Assembly (NCBI GenBank): GCA_964388155.1
Contig: CAYLYH010000001.1
Span: forward strand, 60,331-124,330
DNA length: 64,000 bases
Reading direction: 5' to 3'
Source of the DNA: an uncultured bacterium
Lineage (GTDB): Bacteria; Fidelibacterota; Marinisomatia; Marinisomatales; JACNKV01
This document shows, one piece after another, positions 41,185 through 49,500 of the stretch. Position numbers and translations under genes: made by a program. Below the pieces are notes generated by a model. It saw only the letters and a list, made by a program, of their open reading frames with translations. It had not been told where the DNA came from and made no database searches. Position 1 is the stretch's first letter, and each line of letters starts with the position of its first letter.

Positions 41185-43215
41185 TTACTGTTTCTTTACA
41201 ATCTGTTCCTTTAGTATAAAATGAAGATTGGACTTTCCAGCCATCGTCACCCTATTGATAACCCCGTCGTCGGTTAAATGTATTTTTCTACCCCCTGTTT
41301 CAATAAGCCACTCTTTATCGTTTCGGGATACCTTTCCGGAATTCCATTGGAATCCATCGACCAAATATTTTGGCTGAACTAATTGGTCTCCTACAATGTG
41401 AATCCATACTGAAGATGTTAACAATGAAGGAAAAGTCTTAAAATCTGGACGGATGATAATAAAATTCGGTAAATCGATAATTCTCCACAAGTGATTACTT
41501 CTCGATACAATCGCAGGTAACCCGAACTCATCCGTAGAGAACGTGAGAGTTTCCGTTGATTTCCTCCAACCATTTTTACTTTCAAATACCCATGATTCTG
41601 TTTCTCTACCGATCATAGACCAGGAGGATTCTTTATCCATGGTGACTGTAGAAACCAAATCGCCTTTTTGTGGAGTTCCATGAATATGAATGTCACGGTT
41701 AATCGTAGCTTCTGCGAATGTTGCAGGGATAGTAGAAGCACCGGTGCCCGGACTTGATTGAAGTTGATAGTGAATATGCGGAACCGGAGATCGCCCCGAA
41801 TTTCCGCAACGCCCTAAAATATCTCCCCTGTTTATCTGCTGCCCCGGGTAGACAATAATACTTCCCTGCTTAAAATGGCTTAATTCACTGAACTCACCAT
41901 TGCCGTGATCTATGATGACGTAATTGCCCCAGTTTCTTTCTGTATTGGCTGTTTGGGGTGGATTATCCTCTACAGAGTTTTCAACGGAATATATTGAACC
42001 GGGTGCCGGAGATAACACCGGTAATTCCCATGCATAGTAATCGGATAATTCAGCACCAAAACCTTTCGATTGATGTCCTCTGACGTCTCTGACGATAAAA
42101 TCCCATGCGTATTTCCCAACTCCTTTATGAGTCCACTCTCCATTATTCCCCTGCAAAACAGACCATTCTCCCATAAATGGTACGGTTAAGATCGTTTTTT
42201 GTCGTGTCGTCTGCCCCGACCATCGTTTATACCATTTCAAATTTGTTTCAGGACTTTTAATCAAATATAATGGAATGGGGATTAATCTCAGCGGAGATAC
42301 CGTTTGAGGGAGCATTTTGAGTGGGAATAAAAACAAAATAGTCACAACATTAAATGCGAATACAAGTGGTGGTAAATTAATCGGTGTCAATAAAGTTGTC
42401 ATGCCGGCATCAACCAACCCAACCGTAATGACGGCTAATGTAACTAACGAAAAACCGTGTCGGTTTCCAACGATAAAAAAACCGCCAAATCCCAGAGAAA
42501 TTAATACAAAATTCAAACCGTGGAATCCGTCAATAGATCCGTGGATGAACACGTATGTCAACATCCCAAGGAAGCCTCCCCAAAGACCATAGAGAAGAGA
42601 TAGCCTGGAATATAGAGCAATCGCAATCATAACCATGACGCCTGAGAGTAAATTATCCTGAAATAAAATACTGCCAAACATTTTTATATATTCAAATAAT
42701 TGATACGGTAACCAATCAAACAAGACAATATCTGCTTTATTCAAAAAAGGAATCGCCGTGTGCTTAAACATTGATTCTTCGGTAATTCCCAATGAGAGTA
42801 GCAGTAGCCAAATGACCATCATAAATGGCAGACTCAAAATAGGCAAGTCGTATTTCGCAAGGAAATTTGCCAGCATGATAGACGCAACACCACTAATCCC
42901 TGCACCCACGATAAGGAATATCCACATTCGCAGAGAAGGGTCTGCATATTTCCCAAGCGCTAGCCCGACAAGAATGCCGCTAACACCAAAAATTCCGGCT
43001 TTCCATGCTTCATCGTTTGCGTGCATCCATTTTGCAACGAGGTTCGAAACAATGTTTCCGATCAGTCCCATCAGTCCTACCACAGGATAATAAAACGTCG
43101 CTAATAAAACGATCGATGCGGGAATAGGATGTGGAGAATACGCCAACACACCGTAAGATTGAAAAACGGTTCTTGTCGTTAAAATAAAGTGTTTTTTCAT
43201 TGAAGAATTAAACAT
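41185..43215 (-). CDS. Fusion protein: urea-transporter-like membrane domain + M23 peptidase domain + unassigned C-terminal domain
   Basis: 676 aa. The N-terminal ~330 aa contain two internally repeated UT-like halves (RTVFQSYG...GIFGVSGILVGLALG and MFGSILFQDNLLSGVMVMIAIALYSR...GLNFVLISLGFGGFF). The middle carries an M23 core (NWGNYVIIDHGNGEFSELSHF...GDILGRCGNSGRSPVPHIHYQL). The last ~190 aa match no motif I recognise. Confidence 0.65.
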   Translation of the reverse strand: MFNSSMKKHFILTTRTVFQSYGVLAYSPHPIPASIVLLATFYYPVVGLMGLIGNIVSNLVAKWMHANDEAWKAGIFGVSGILVGLALGKYADPSLRMWIFLIVGAGISGVASIMLANFLAKYDLPILSLPFMMVIWLLLLSLGITEESMFKHTAIPFLNKADIVLFDWLPYQLFEYIKMFGSILFQDNLLSGVMVMIAIALYSRLSLLYGLWGGFLGMLTYVFIHGSIDGFHGLNFVLISLGFGGFFIVGNRHGFSLVTLAVITVGLVDAGMTTLLTPINLPPLVFAFNVVTILFLFPLKMLPQTVSPLRLIPIPLYLIKSPETNLKWYKRWSGQTTRQKTILTVPFMGEWSVLQGNNGEWTHKGVGKYAWDFIVRDVRGHQSKGFGAELSDYYAWELPVLSPAPGSIYSVENSVEDNPPQTANTERNWGNYVIIDHGNGEFSELSHFKQGSIIVYPGQQINRGDILGRCGNSGRSPVPHIHYQLQSSPGTGASTIPATFAEATINRDIHIHGTPQKGDLVSTVTMDKESSWSMIGRETESWVFESKNGWRKSTETLTFSTDEFGLPAIVSRSNHLWRIIDLPNFIIIRPDFKTFPSLLTSSVWIHIVGDQLVQPKYLVDGFQWNSGKVSRNDKEWLIETGGRKIHLTDDGVINRVTMAGKSNLHFILKEQIVKKQ

Positions 43216-43276
43216 GTTGATTTTATTTCAATCTTCTCTGGCAGAATTAATGTTATAGTTTTAGAGAATTGGGTGT

Positions 43277-44620
43277 TTATTTAAATTTATCCGGGACGTC
43301 TTCAAATTCTTGGACATAATCACGAGTTTCTGCTTTCTTGATCACGTGCACTTCGCCCTCATCAATGGCGATTACCGCAGGACGTAAGTAGATGAATTGC
43401 CAACTCTGGCTAATATTATACGCACCCACGTGAGGAATCACCAGCAAGTCACCTCTTCGAACCGGTGGCACAGAGGCACTTTGTCTCAAAACATCGATAT
43501 TCATACAAAGTCCACCATAAATTACGGTATCTTCTACCATATATCCGGAATCTTGTCCGGTTTGAAAATTATATGAATACCACTGAACAGAAGACAAAAC
43601 ATTCATCCCTGCATCCAGCACGATTCCTCTTGCTCCGCTTGGCAGACGTTTTTGTGCTGCGACAGATGTAATTAAAGAAATGGGTTCATCCACCAATGCT
43701 CTACCCGGCTCAATAAATAGTGTTGGCGCATTATTAGCCGCAAAAGGTCCATTCATCAAAATCGGACAAATCGCTTCTGCATATTGATCAAACGTCGGAC
43801 AGGTTTGTTCTGCCGGTGTCCATGCCCAGTTTAACGTATTTTTTGACGCATATCCCCCGCCCATATCCCAGTATTTTAAATTTACACCGAGTTGAGCTTT
43901 TATATACGTATAAAAATCAACCAAACCCTGTGCAGCTTTTGAATAAATAGAGACATCATCAATGTACGTTCCGGCATGGATATGAAGCCCCACCACTTTT
44001 AGTTTTCCGCTCGCTTGCGCACGTTTTACAGCTTCAAATGCATGCCCGACTTCCATGTTAAACCCGAATTTATGCCAAGGCGGATTGTTTAAATCCATAT
44101 TCACACGGATACCTACTTCTAACACCGTATTCATGTCTTCAGCGATGTCTTCAATCAACTGCATTTCGTCATAATTGTCAATATTAACCATTGACTTTTC
44201 CTTAAACGCGCGCATCAGTTCATCTCTGGTTTTATACGGGCCGTTAAATACAATTTTATCACCATCCACATCCAGATTTTTTGCGATATCATATTCAAAT
44301 CCGGAGACGACTTCTGCCCAGGCGCCCTCCTGATGCAAAATAGAGCAAACGGCTTTCATATAATTTGTTTTGTATGAATAGGCGATTTGTGCTTTTGGAT
44401 AACGCGTTTTAAATGCCCGTGTCATATCCCTGTATTTTTCTCGCAATTCTTGTACATTTAAAACGAATAAAGGAGACCCATACTTATCAGCCAGTTCTTT
44501 TACTTCATATCCGACGAGACGATTCATAGGAACTGTTGCCGGCGGGCGACCGTATTTGTTCATGACTCCGACGGTATGCCGGATGATTGTTGGTTTGGTG
44601 TAGATTCTTTTTTCATTCAT
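43277..44620 (-). CDS. PLP-dependent decarboxylase, Orn/DAP/Arg decarboxylase (alanine-racemase fold) family
   Basis: 447 aa with the PLP-lysine motif AYSYKTN, the Gly-rich loop DMGGGY, EPGRALV and a C-terminal beta-barrel segment (YGGLCMNIDVL). Confidence 0.8.
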   Translation of the reverse strand: MNEKRIYTKPTIIRHTVGVMNKYGRPPATVPMNRLVGYEVKELADKYGSPLFVLNVQELREKYRDMTRAFKTRYPKAQIAYSYKTNYMKAVCSILHQEGAWAEVVSGFEYDIAKNLDVDGDKIVFNGPYKTRDELMRAFKEKSMVNIDNYDEMQLIEDIAEDMNTVLEVGIRVNMDLNNPPWHKFGFNMEVGHAFEAVKRAQASGKLKVVGLHIHAGTYIDDVSIYSKAAQGLVDFYTYIKAQLGVNLKYWDMGGGYASKNTLNWAWTPAEQTCPTFDQYAEAICPILMNGPFAANNAPTLFIEPGRALVDEPISLITSVAAQKRLPSGARGIVLDAGMNVLSSVQWYSYNFQTGQDSGYMVEDTVIYGGLCMNIDVLRQSASVPPVRRGDLLVIPHVGAYNISQSWQFIYLRPAVIAIDEGEVHVIKKAETRDYVQEFEDVPDKFK

Positions 44621-44676
44621 AATAGAGTTATGAGTTTAATGAGTTATTGAGTTTGTGAGTTAATGAGTTTGATGAA
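44621..44676 (-). repeat. Seven tandem ~8-nt units filling the ATP-grasp/decarboxylase spacer
   Basis: On the plus strand, TGAGTT (two end variants, AGAGTT and TGAATT) starts at 44624, 44631, 44640, 44648, 44656, 44664 and 44673. On the mRNA this is (AACUCA+NN)x7, ending at the AUG of the decarboxylase. Confidence 0.7.
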
Positions 44677-45723
44677 TTAATAGTGAAGCTCTCCTACCGT
44701 GGTTAATTTTTCCAGCCACTCGATGGGACAGACAATATCCGTGGCGTGGCGTACAAAGGTTACACCGGATTTTGCTACAGGCAACGGGTTTACTTTTTTC
44801 CCAAGCGCCAAATCAACAACCATTTTCGGAAGATTCTGATCAGCGCCTGTGCACAGATAAATCCATGCAGGGAAACGCGGATTTATTTCAATTAAGTGCA
44901 TCTTTTTCGTTTTTTTATCCTGAAGGATTTCTAATTCACATGGTCCCGCCCATTTTAAGGCTTTCAATATTCTTTTGGACAAATCATAAAGTTTGTCATT
45001 TTTCAACGTAATTGCTGCCCAGGCTTTTCCTTTATCCGTGAGACGTGTTTTCCGAATAGGAACTGCACCAAGCATCGTTCCGTCTCTATCGCCAACACAG
45101 CAAATATCGTATTCATCCGCTTCGATGACTTCTTGAAGAATGATTGGGTATCCCCATTTTGTTCGCATTTCATCAAAATGCATTAGCACTTCAACCTTTG
45201 TCCGGCATTTAAATGCTTCATAAAACACGCCTTTGACCATTAACGGAAATCCGATTTCTTTAATAGCTTTATCCAGTTCTCCGGGTTCTTTTATCACCTT
45301 TGTTTTTGGTGAATCAATATTATTCTCTTCACAAAAATCCGCGATATATGCTTTTGATACTTTTTTCGACACATCAAGCTTCGGCAGAAAAACAGCAATG
45401 CCTGCTTTTTTTAACTCCGGTTCGAGTCGTTGAAACAGAGCGAGTTCACTATCCAATGTTGGGATAATTACATCCATCCTGTTCTGATCGTGTATATACA
45501 AAAGTCTTTCCAGAATTAGTTTACTGTTAGTATTCGGGTACGGAATCATGTACGAGTGATCCAATAAATCCTCATCATAAATTCCGGTATCCATGACATC
45601 ATAGGCAAGTCCAATGATTTCGCCATCCCAACCATTCGGATGTTTCAAACTTCTGATTACGCCAATCCCCGGTGCGGGATTGTCGGTGGCATGAAGCCCT
45701 GTAATTCCTACATTAATTCCCAT
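44677..45723 (-). CDS. ATP-grasp ligase (carboxylate-amine ligase type)
   Basis: 348 aa with an N-terminal Rossmann-like pre-ATP-grasp domain, a central ATP-grasp region (FPLMVKG..., ILQEVI) and the C-terminal catalytic loop HLIEINPRFPAW. Its start overlaps the PqqD-like stop (TAATG). Confidence 0.75.
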   Translation of the reverse strand: MGINVGITGLHATDNPAPGIGVIRSLKHPNGWDGEIIGLAYDVMDTGIYDEDLLDHSYMIPYPNTNSKLILERLLYIHDQNRMDVIIPTLDSELALFQRLEPELKKAGIAVFLPKLDVSKKVSKAYIADFCEENNIDSPKTKVIKEPGELDKAIKEIGFPLMVKGVFYEAFKCRTKVEVLMHFDEMRTKWGYPIILQEVIEADEYDICCVGDRDGTMLGAVPIRKTRLTDKGKAWAAITLKNDKLYDLSKRILKALKWAGPCELEILQDKKTKKMHLIEINPRFPAWIYLCTGADQNLPKMVVDLALGKKVNPLPVAKSGVTFVRHATDIVCPIEWLEKLTTVGELHY

Positions 45724-45968
45724 TAGTCGATTAATCCTGCTTCTTTTAATTGTCGGTAAAAATCATCAATATCTTTTCTGGCTGTTTCTTCATCGACGTC
45801 AAATTCTTCCATAATTAATTCCAGCATTTTATTCGCATGGACTTCTTCTTTCATTTTCATAAAAATGAATTGTCCCGTTTCATTTAATGAATAGGTCAAG
45901 CCGGTTCCGTGATCGAACAGAAACCCGCTGTCGCTTATCGTTACTTCTGAATTAAAATTTCCACTCAT
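45723..45968 (-). CDS. PqqD-family (RRE-like) small protein
   Basis: 81 aa. The layout is beta-strands then helices, as in PqqD: FLFDHGTGLTYSLNETGQFIFMKMKEE.....LELIMEEFDVDEETARKDIDDFYRQLKEAGLI. Confidence 0.6.
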   Translation of the reverse strand: MSGNFNSEVTISDSGFLFDHGTGLTYSLNETGQFIFMKMKEEVHANKMLELIMEEFDVDEETARKDIDDFYRQLKEAGLID

Positions 45969-46017
45969 ATTTATTTCCTTTTTATGTCCTAATCTTTATC
46001 CTAATCCTAATTCCATC

Positions 46018-46461
46018 TTAATCCTCATACCCTTTCATGACATTCAGTAAACCGGATTTATAGACAAGAAGTTCGGAGAAATGAAACCCGTTTACTTTAC
46101 ACCAGTAACAATAATCTAATGTACAGTCAACTTTGTCTACTTTTTCGCTCCATAAAGCGACTTCAAAGCTCCCGCCCAAAAGAGGTTGGTCTACCTGTAT
46201 CTCATGTGAAAGATGTCCATTTTCCAGTTCGATATGACTGTGTCTTCCTCCTGCCTGTACATCCAGTGTCCCATAAGGATATAACGATATCCCTAACCAT
46301 GCTATGTCTAAATGCGAATATCCGCTGATGAGAATATTTGTCGGCCAGCCATAGTCTGCATTGACAACAATATCTACAGAAAGTTCTGATTGACTTTGTG
46401 CATGAACCGTGCTAACGAGCGCACTCATCATGCTAAAATATATTATTAATTTCCTCATCAA
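46018..46461 (-). CDS. Hypothetical secreted protein
   Basis: 147 aa with a signal peptide (ALVSTVHAQ), a His-rich middle (GGRHSHIELENGHLSHE), a Cys cluster (CTLDYCYWC) and an acidic C-terminus (GYED). Confidence 0.45.
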   Translation of the reverse strand: MMRKLIIYFSMMSALVSTVHAQSQSELSVDIVVNADYGWPTNILISGYSHLDIAWLGISLYPYGTLDVQAGGRHSHIELENGHLSHEIQVDQPLLGGSFEVALWSEKVDKVDCTLDYCYWCKVNGFHFSELLVYKSGLLNVMKGYED

Positions 46462-47423
46462 AATCTCCCTTGAATCCCTATTGCCCCGTAAACGACATGA
46501 TATCGAGGATTTTCAATCAAAGGTTGAAATTCCTGATATGAGACAACCCCTGTTAAGCGCCAATTAATAAACACTCTCCATGAAAGTCGAAATGATGCAG
46601 ACTTTCTAAGAAAATCCGGGTTATTATTCAGCAACAACAATGCCGGTTCAATTGTATATCGGCTCTTCCCGAATCCGGCAGAAAGTGTACTCCCCAATTG
46701 ATCCGATATTGTCCAAGTCCATACTCCGGATGTTGTCGTTAACATGTCTGTATTAAATTGTTGGACACTTCCTCCCAGTCGGACAATATGGTTCCCAATT
46801 CGACGACTAAGTTGGATGCTCCATTGATCTACCGGCTCATGGATGTAATAATCATAGACGTAAGTTGTATCAGTAAATTCGTTGGATTCATCATACCGGT
46901 ATTCGTCGGATTTTCGGTAGATATACTGGTAATCGGATCGGATATAAGATGTTGCATATCCCACCCAAGGTAAGTCGCCGGAGATTTGCACACCAACAAC
47001 CCAACCGTGATGTTCATCTTTTGATTTTTTTATGATATCTCCGAATGAATTAGATGTATCTACAACCGTTGTAAATGTCGTATCTGTTTTAAACAACCCA
47101 ACGATACCACCTACACCAATTTCAGGTTTTATATAAAAATAATCCCGCCCAAAGAAGTTTGTTTGGTTATAGGTTTTTTCGCCACCACTGATTGTTATTT
47201 TTTCCACAGCCAAAGAAAATCGATCTTTCCAACGTTTGTCCATAGAAAAATACCCCATTTGAGACTTATATATTTGTCCGGTGGAGTATTCTCCATGCGT
47301 ATAATAACTACCCATTGACAGATTCCAAGGATACAGAAGACTGGAGATATCTTTGGCGTTCGTTCCTTGAACTATCAGCAAAACCATACACACCTGAAAC
47401 CATGTATTTCGTACGTTTAACAT
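46458..47423 (-). CDS. Hypothetical outer-membrane beta-barrel protein
   Basis: 321 aa with a signal peptide, an alternating beta-strand pattern and a C-terminal ...GAIGIQGRF. It overlaps the downstream gene by 4 nt. Confidence 0.5.
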   Translation of the reverse strand: MLNVRNTWFQVCMVLLIVQGTNAKDISSLLYPWNLSMGSYYTHGEYSTGQIYKSQMGYFSMDKRWKDRFSLAVEKITISGGEKTYNQTNFFGRDYFYIKPEIGVGGIVGLFKTDTTFTTVVDTSNSFGDIIKKSKDEHHGWVVGVQISGDLPWVGYATSYIRSDYQYIYRKSDEYRYDESNEFTDTTYVYDYYIHEPVDQWSIQLSRRIGNHIVRLGGSVQQFNTDMLTTTSGVWTWTISDQLGSTLSAGFGKSRYTIEPALLLLNNNPDFLRKSASFRLSWRVFINWRLTGVVSYQEFQPLIENPRYHVVYGAIGIQGRF

Positions 47424-47431
47424 AATTTTTC

Positions 47432-48433
47432 CTATTTTAACAGCACCATAGAGCGACTGTAAGATGTGTTATCAGATTCAATTCGGCAGTGATAAATTCC
47501 GCTTGGCATTTTTCTTCCATAATGATTATGACCAAACCATGTAAATTTATAATTCCCTTGTTCTAATAATTTGTCGCACAATGTCATCACTTCCTGACCT
47601 GCTGAATTATAAATTTTAACGGTAACATTCGAAGTTTTCTCAATGGTTACCGGAATTTGCGTCGCCGGATTGAATGGGTTTGGAAAGTTTCTACCCACGC
47701 TAAAATGATTAGTATTAGTTGCATTTTCATCTGTGGCAACATTTCCATTAAATTGCAATACATTCAAGGTGTAAATCTCACTTTCATAGTCATAAAGATT
47801 ATAGAGTATCTCTTTTTGCGGATCTGTGTCCATATTCCCCACATAAGGACCTGCTATATAGCCGTCAAACAAATCACTTTCCCATTCAAGAGTGCCATCC
47901 AATGCATTATAAATTAATATTTTACTCGTATATGTTGAGGTTTCATAGTTAAAATCATTTATTCCCATGATAATTTCTTCAACACCATCTTCATCAATAT
48001 CATTCGAATCTAAGAAATATACTGTCCCCTGAAGTTCAGATGTTTCCCAGGCGGGATCCGATTCAAAGATTGGCCATGCAGCTACTTTGCAACGATAAAT
48101 TGGATCATAACTGGTTGAAATCATAATTGCAAACCGAACTCCATAATTTTCAAGTTCGTAAATCTCATAGATATTTAAGTAATCATAGTTTGTATCTGTG
48201 ATTTCCCAACTTGGTTCGTATGCATTATCCCCATCGAAAAAAGCAACATTATTCAACCATATCTTTACTAAATCTTTCGTCCCATCATCGTTTAGATCAA
48301 AATAAATAATTCCTTTCTCAGATGCATCTTGATTAACCTGCCATTCTAATGAATACTGGGCAGATAACATCGTTGCTGCCATAAGTATTAATAGTATCGT
48401 TCTGGTTTTATTTATGTTTTTCATACGTTTCAT
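47432..48433 (-). CDS. T9SS-sorted secreted protein with FG-GAP-like Asp-rich loops
   Basis: 333 aa with a signal peptide, DLNDDGTKD / DSNDIDEDGVEE / GNMDTDPQKE loops and a C-terminal sorting domain (NFPNPFNPATQIPV...VKIYNSAGQEV...GIYHCRI). Confidence 0.7.
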   Translation of the reverse strand: MKRMKNINKTRTILLILMAATMLSAQYSLEWQVNQDASEKGIIYFDLNDDGTKDLVKIWLNNVAFFDGDNAYEPSWEITDTNYDYLNIYEIYELENYGVRFAIMISTSYDPIYRCKVAAWPIFESDPAWETSELQGTVYFLDSNDIDEDGVEEIIMGINDFNYETSTYTSKILIYNALDGTLEWESDLFDGYIAGPYVGNMDTDPQKEILYNLYDYESEIYTLNVLQFNGNVATDENATNTNHFSVGRNFPNPFNPATQIPVTIEKTSNVTVKIYNSAGQEVMTLCDKLLEQGNYKFTWFGHNHYGRKMPSGIYHCRIESDNTSYSRSMVLLK

Positions 48434-49500
48434 TTCAATAATAGTCCTTTTTTAGTATGTTGGGTGTTATTTGAAGTTAGACGAAAAAAGTAAATTCCGC
48501 TAGGAACATTTTCTCTGTTATTGTTTATCGCCTCCCATTTCTCGGTGTAGCTTCCTGCCGGAAGCACGTCATCAACCAAGGTATTTACTAATCTCCCTGT
48601 GATGTTGAACACCTGCAATTGAATGTAAGACTTTTTTGGTATATTAAATTTGATGGTCGTCACAGGATTAAACGGATTTGGATAGTTTTGACTCAAACTG
48701 TATCCATCTGGTAAACTAATCTTTTGTTTTTGAATTATAAATTGTGCATCATTTCCAATTTTTATATTAGACACCCCTTTCCCTGAAAGGTTAATAACAT
48801 CGCCTGTTTTTTTATTCGTAAGTGTCCAGATTGATTCATCCATGATGTAGTACTTAAAATCTACCCATTCCTGATCACCTGATATTTCAAGTACGCTCTC
48901 GTCTTCACATACTTTCCACCCGCCTGTAAAACGAACGTCAAATACTCCCGGCGGCGGTTTGGGAGGTAAACTATAACTAAGTCTATGTTCATCAGGGATA
49001 TCCACTCCAAAGTACAATGTATTCCCATTGATGGTCATCGTATTCATCCCTGCAAGCTTGCTTGGCATTGATTCGGTTTCTCTCATGACAGCAGTATTAT
49101 TTATTGTGATGAATCCATCTCCATAACTTCGTAACCAGTACCCTTGACCAAGACTAATATTTTCTGCATTTGAATATCCGTTTAATCCAAATTGATAGAT
49201 TGTTCCGGGGATTATAATTTCTTCAGGATCTACTATCGCGTCAATATTCACCGGATAAGATATGCCTGATATTAAATTCCATCCTTCTGTGATTGAGATT
49301 TCAATTTCATCCAAAATATCACCGGTAATTACATTTGAACCCTCATTCTCAAATCGAAGCCAATAACCTCTCCCTATATCCAATGAGTCCTCTTGTATAT
49401 ATTCATCAAAATAAAACGCATAGAGTGTGTTTTCAATGGCATCAGGGAATATGCTATTAGACGCGCAATTTTCACAGCCAACCGGAATACCAATTAAATT
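48430..49500 (-). CDS. C-terminal portion of a split or readthrough secreted protein: 'G(R/Q)GYWLR' repeat modules + T9SS sorting domain
   Basis: The ORF track starts this at TTG 49383, but the frame is open for 39 more codons up to the TAG at 49503..49501, with no ATG/GTG/TTG in between. The product has no signal peptide. The C-terminal domain reads NYPNPFNPVTTIKF...LQVFNITGRLV...GIYFFRL. Confidence 0.6.
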   Translation of the reverse strand, partial: NLIGIPVGCENCASNSIFPDAIENTLYAFYFDEYIQEDSLDIGRGYWLRFENEGSNVITGDILDEIEISITEGWNLISGISYPVNIDAIVDPEEIIIPGTIYQFGLNGYSNAENISLGQGYWLRSYGDGFITINNTAVMRETESMPSKLAGMNTMTINGNTLYFGVDIPDEHRLSYSLPPKPPPGVFDVRFTGGWKVCEDESVLEISGDQEWVDFKYYIMDESIWTLTNKKTGDVINLSGKGVSNIKIGNDAQFIIQKQKISLPDGYSLSQNYPNPFNPVTTIKFNIPKKSYIQLQVFNITGRLVNTLVDDVLPAGSYTEKWEAINNNRENVPSGIYFFRLTSNNTQHTKKGLLLK

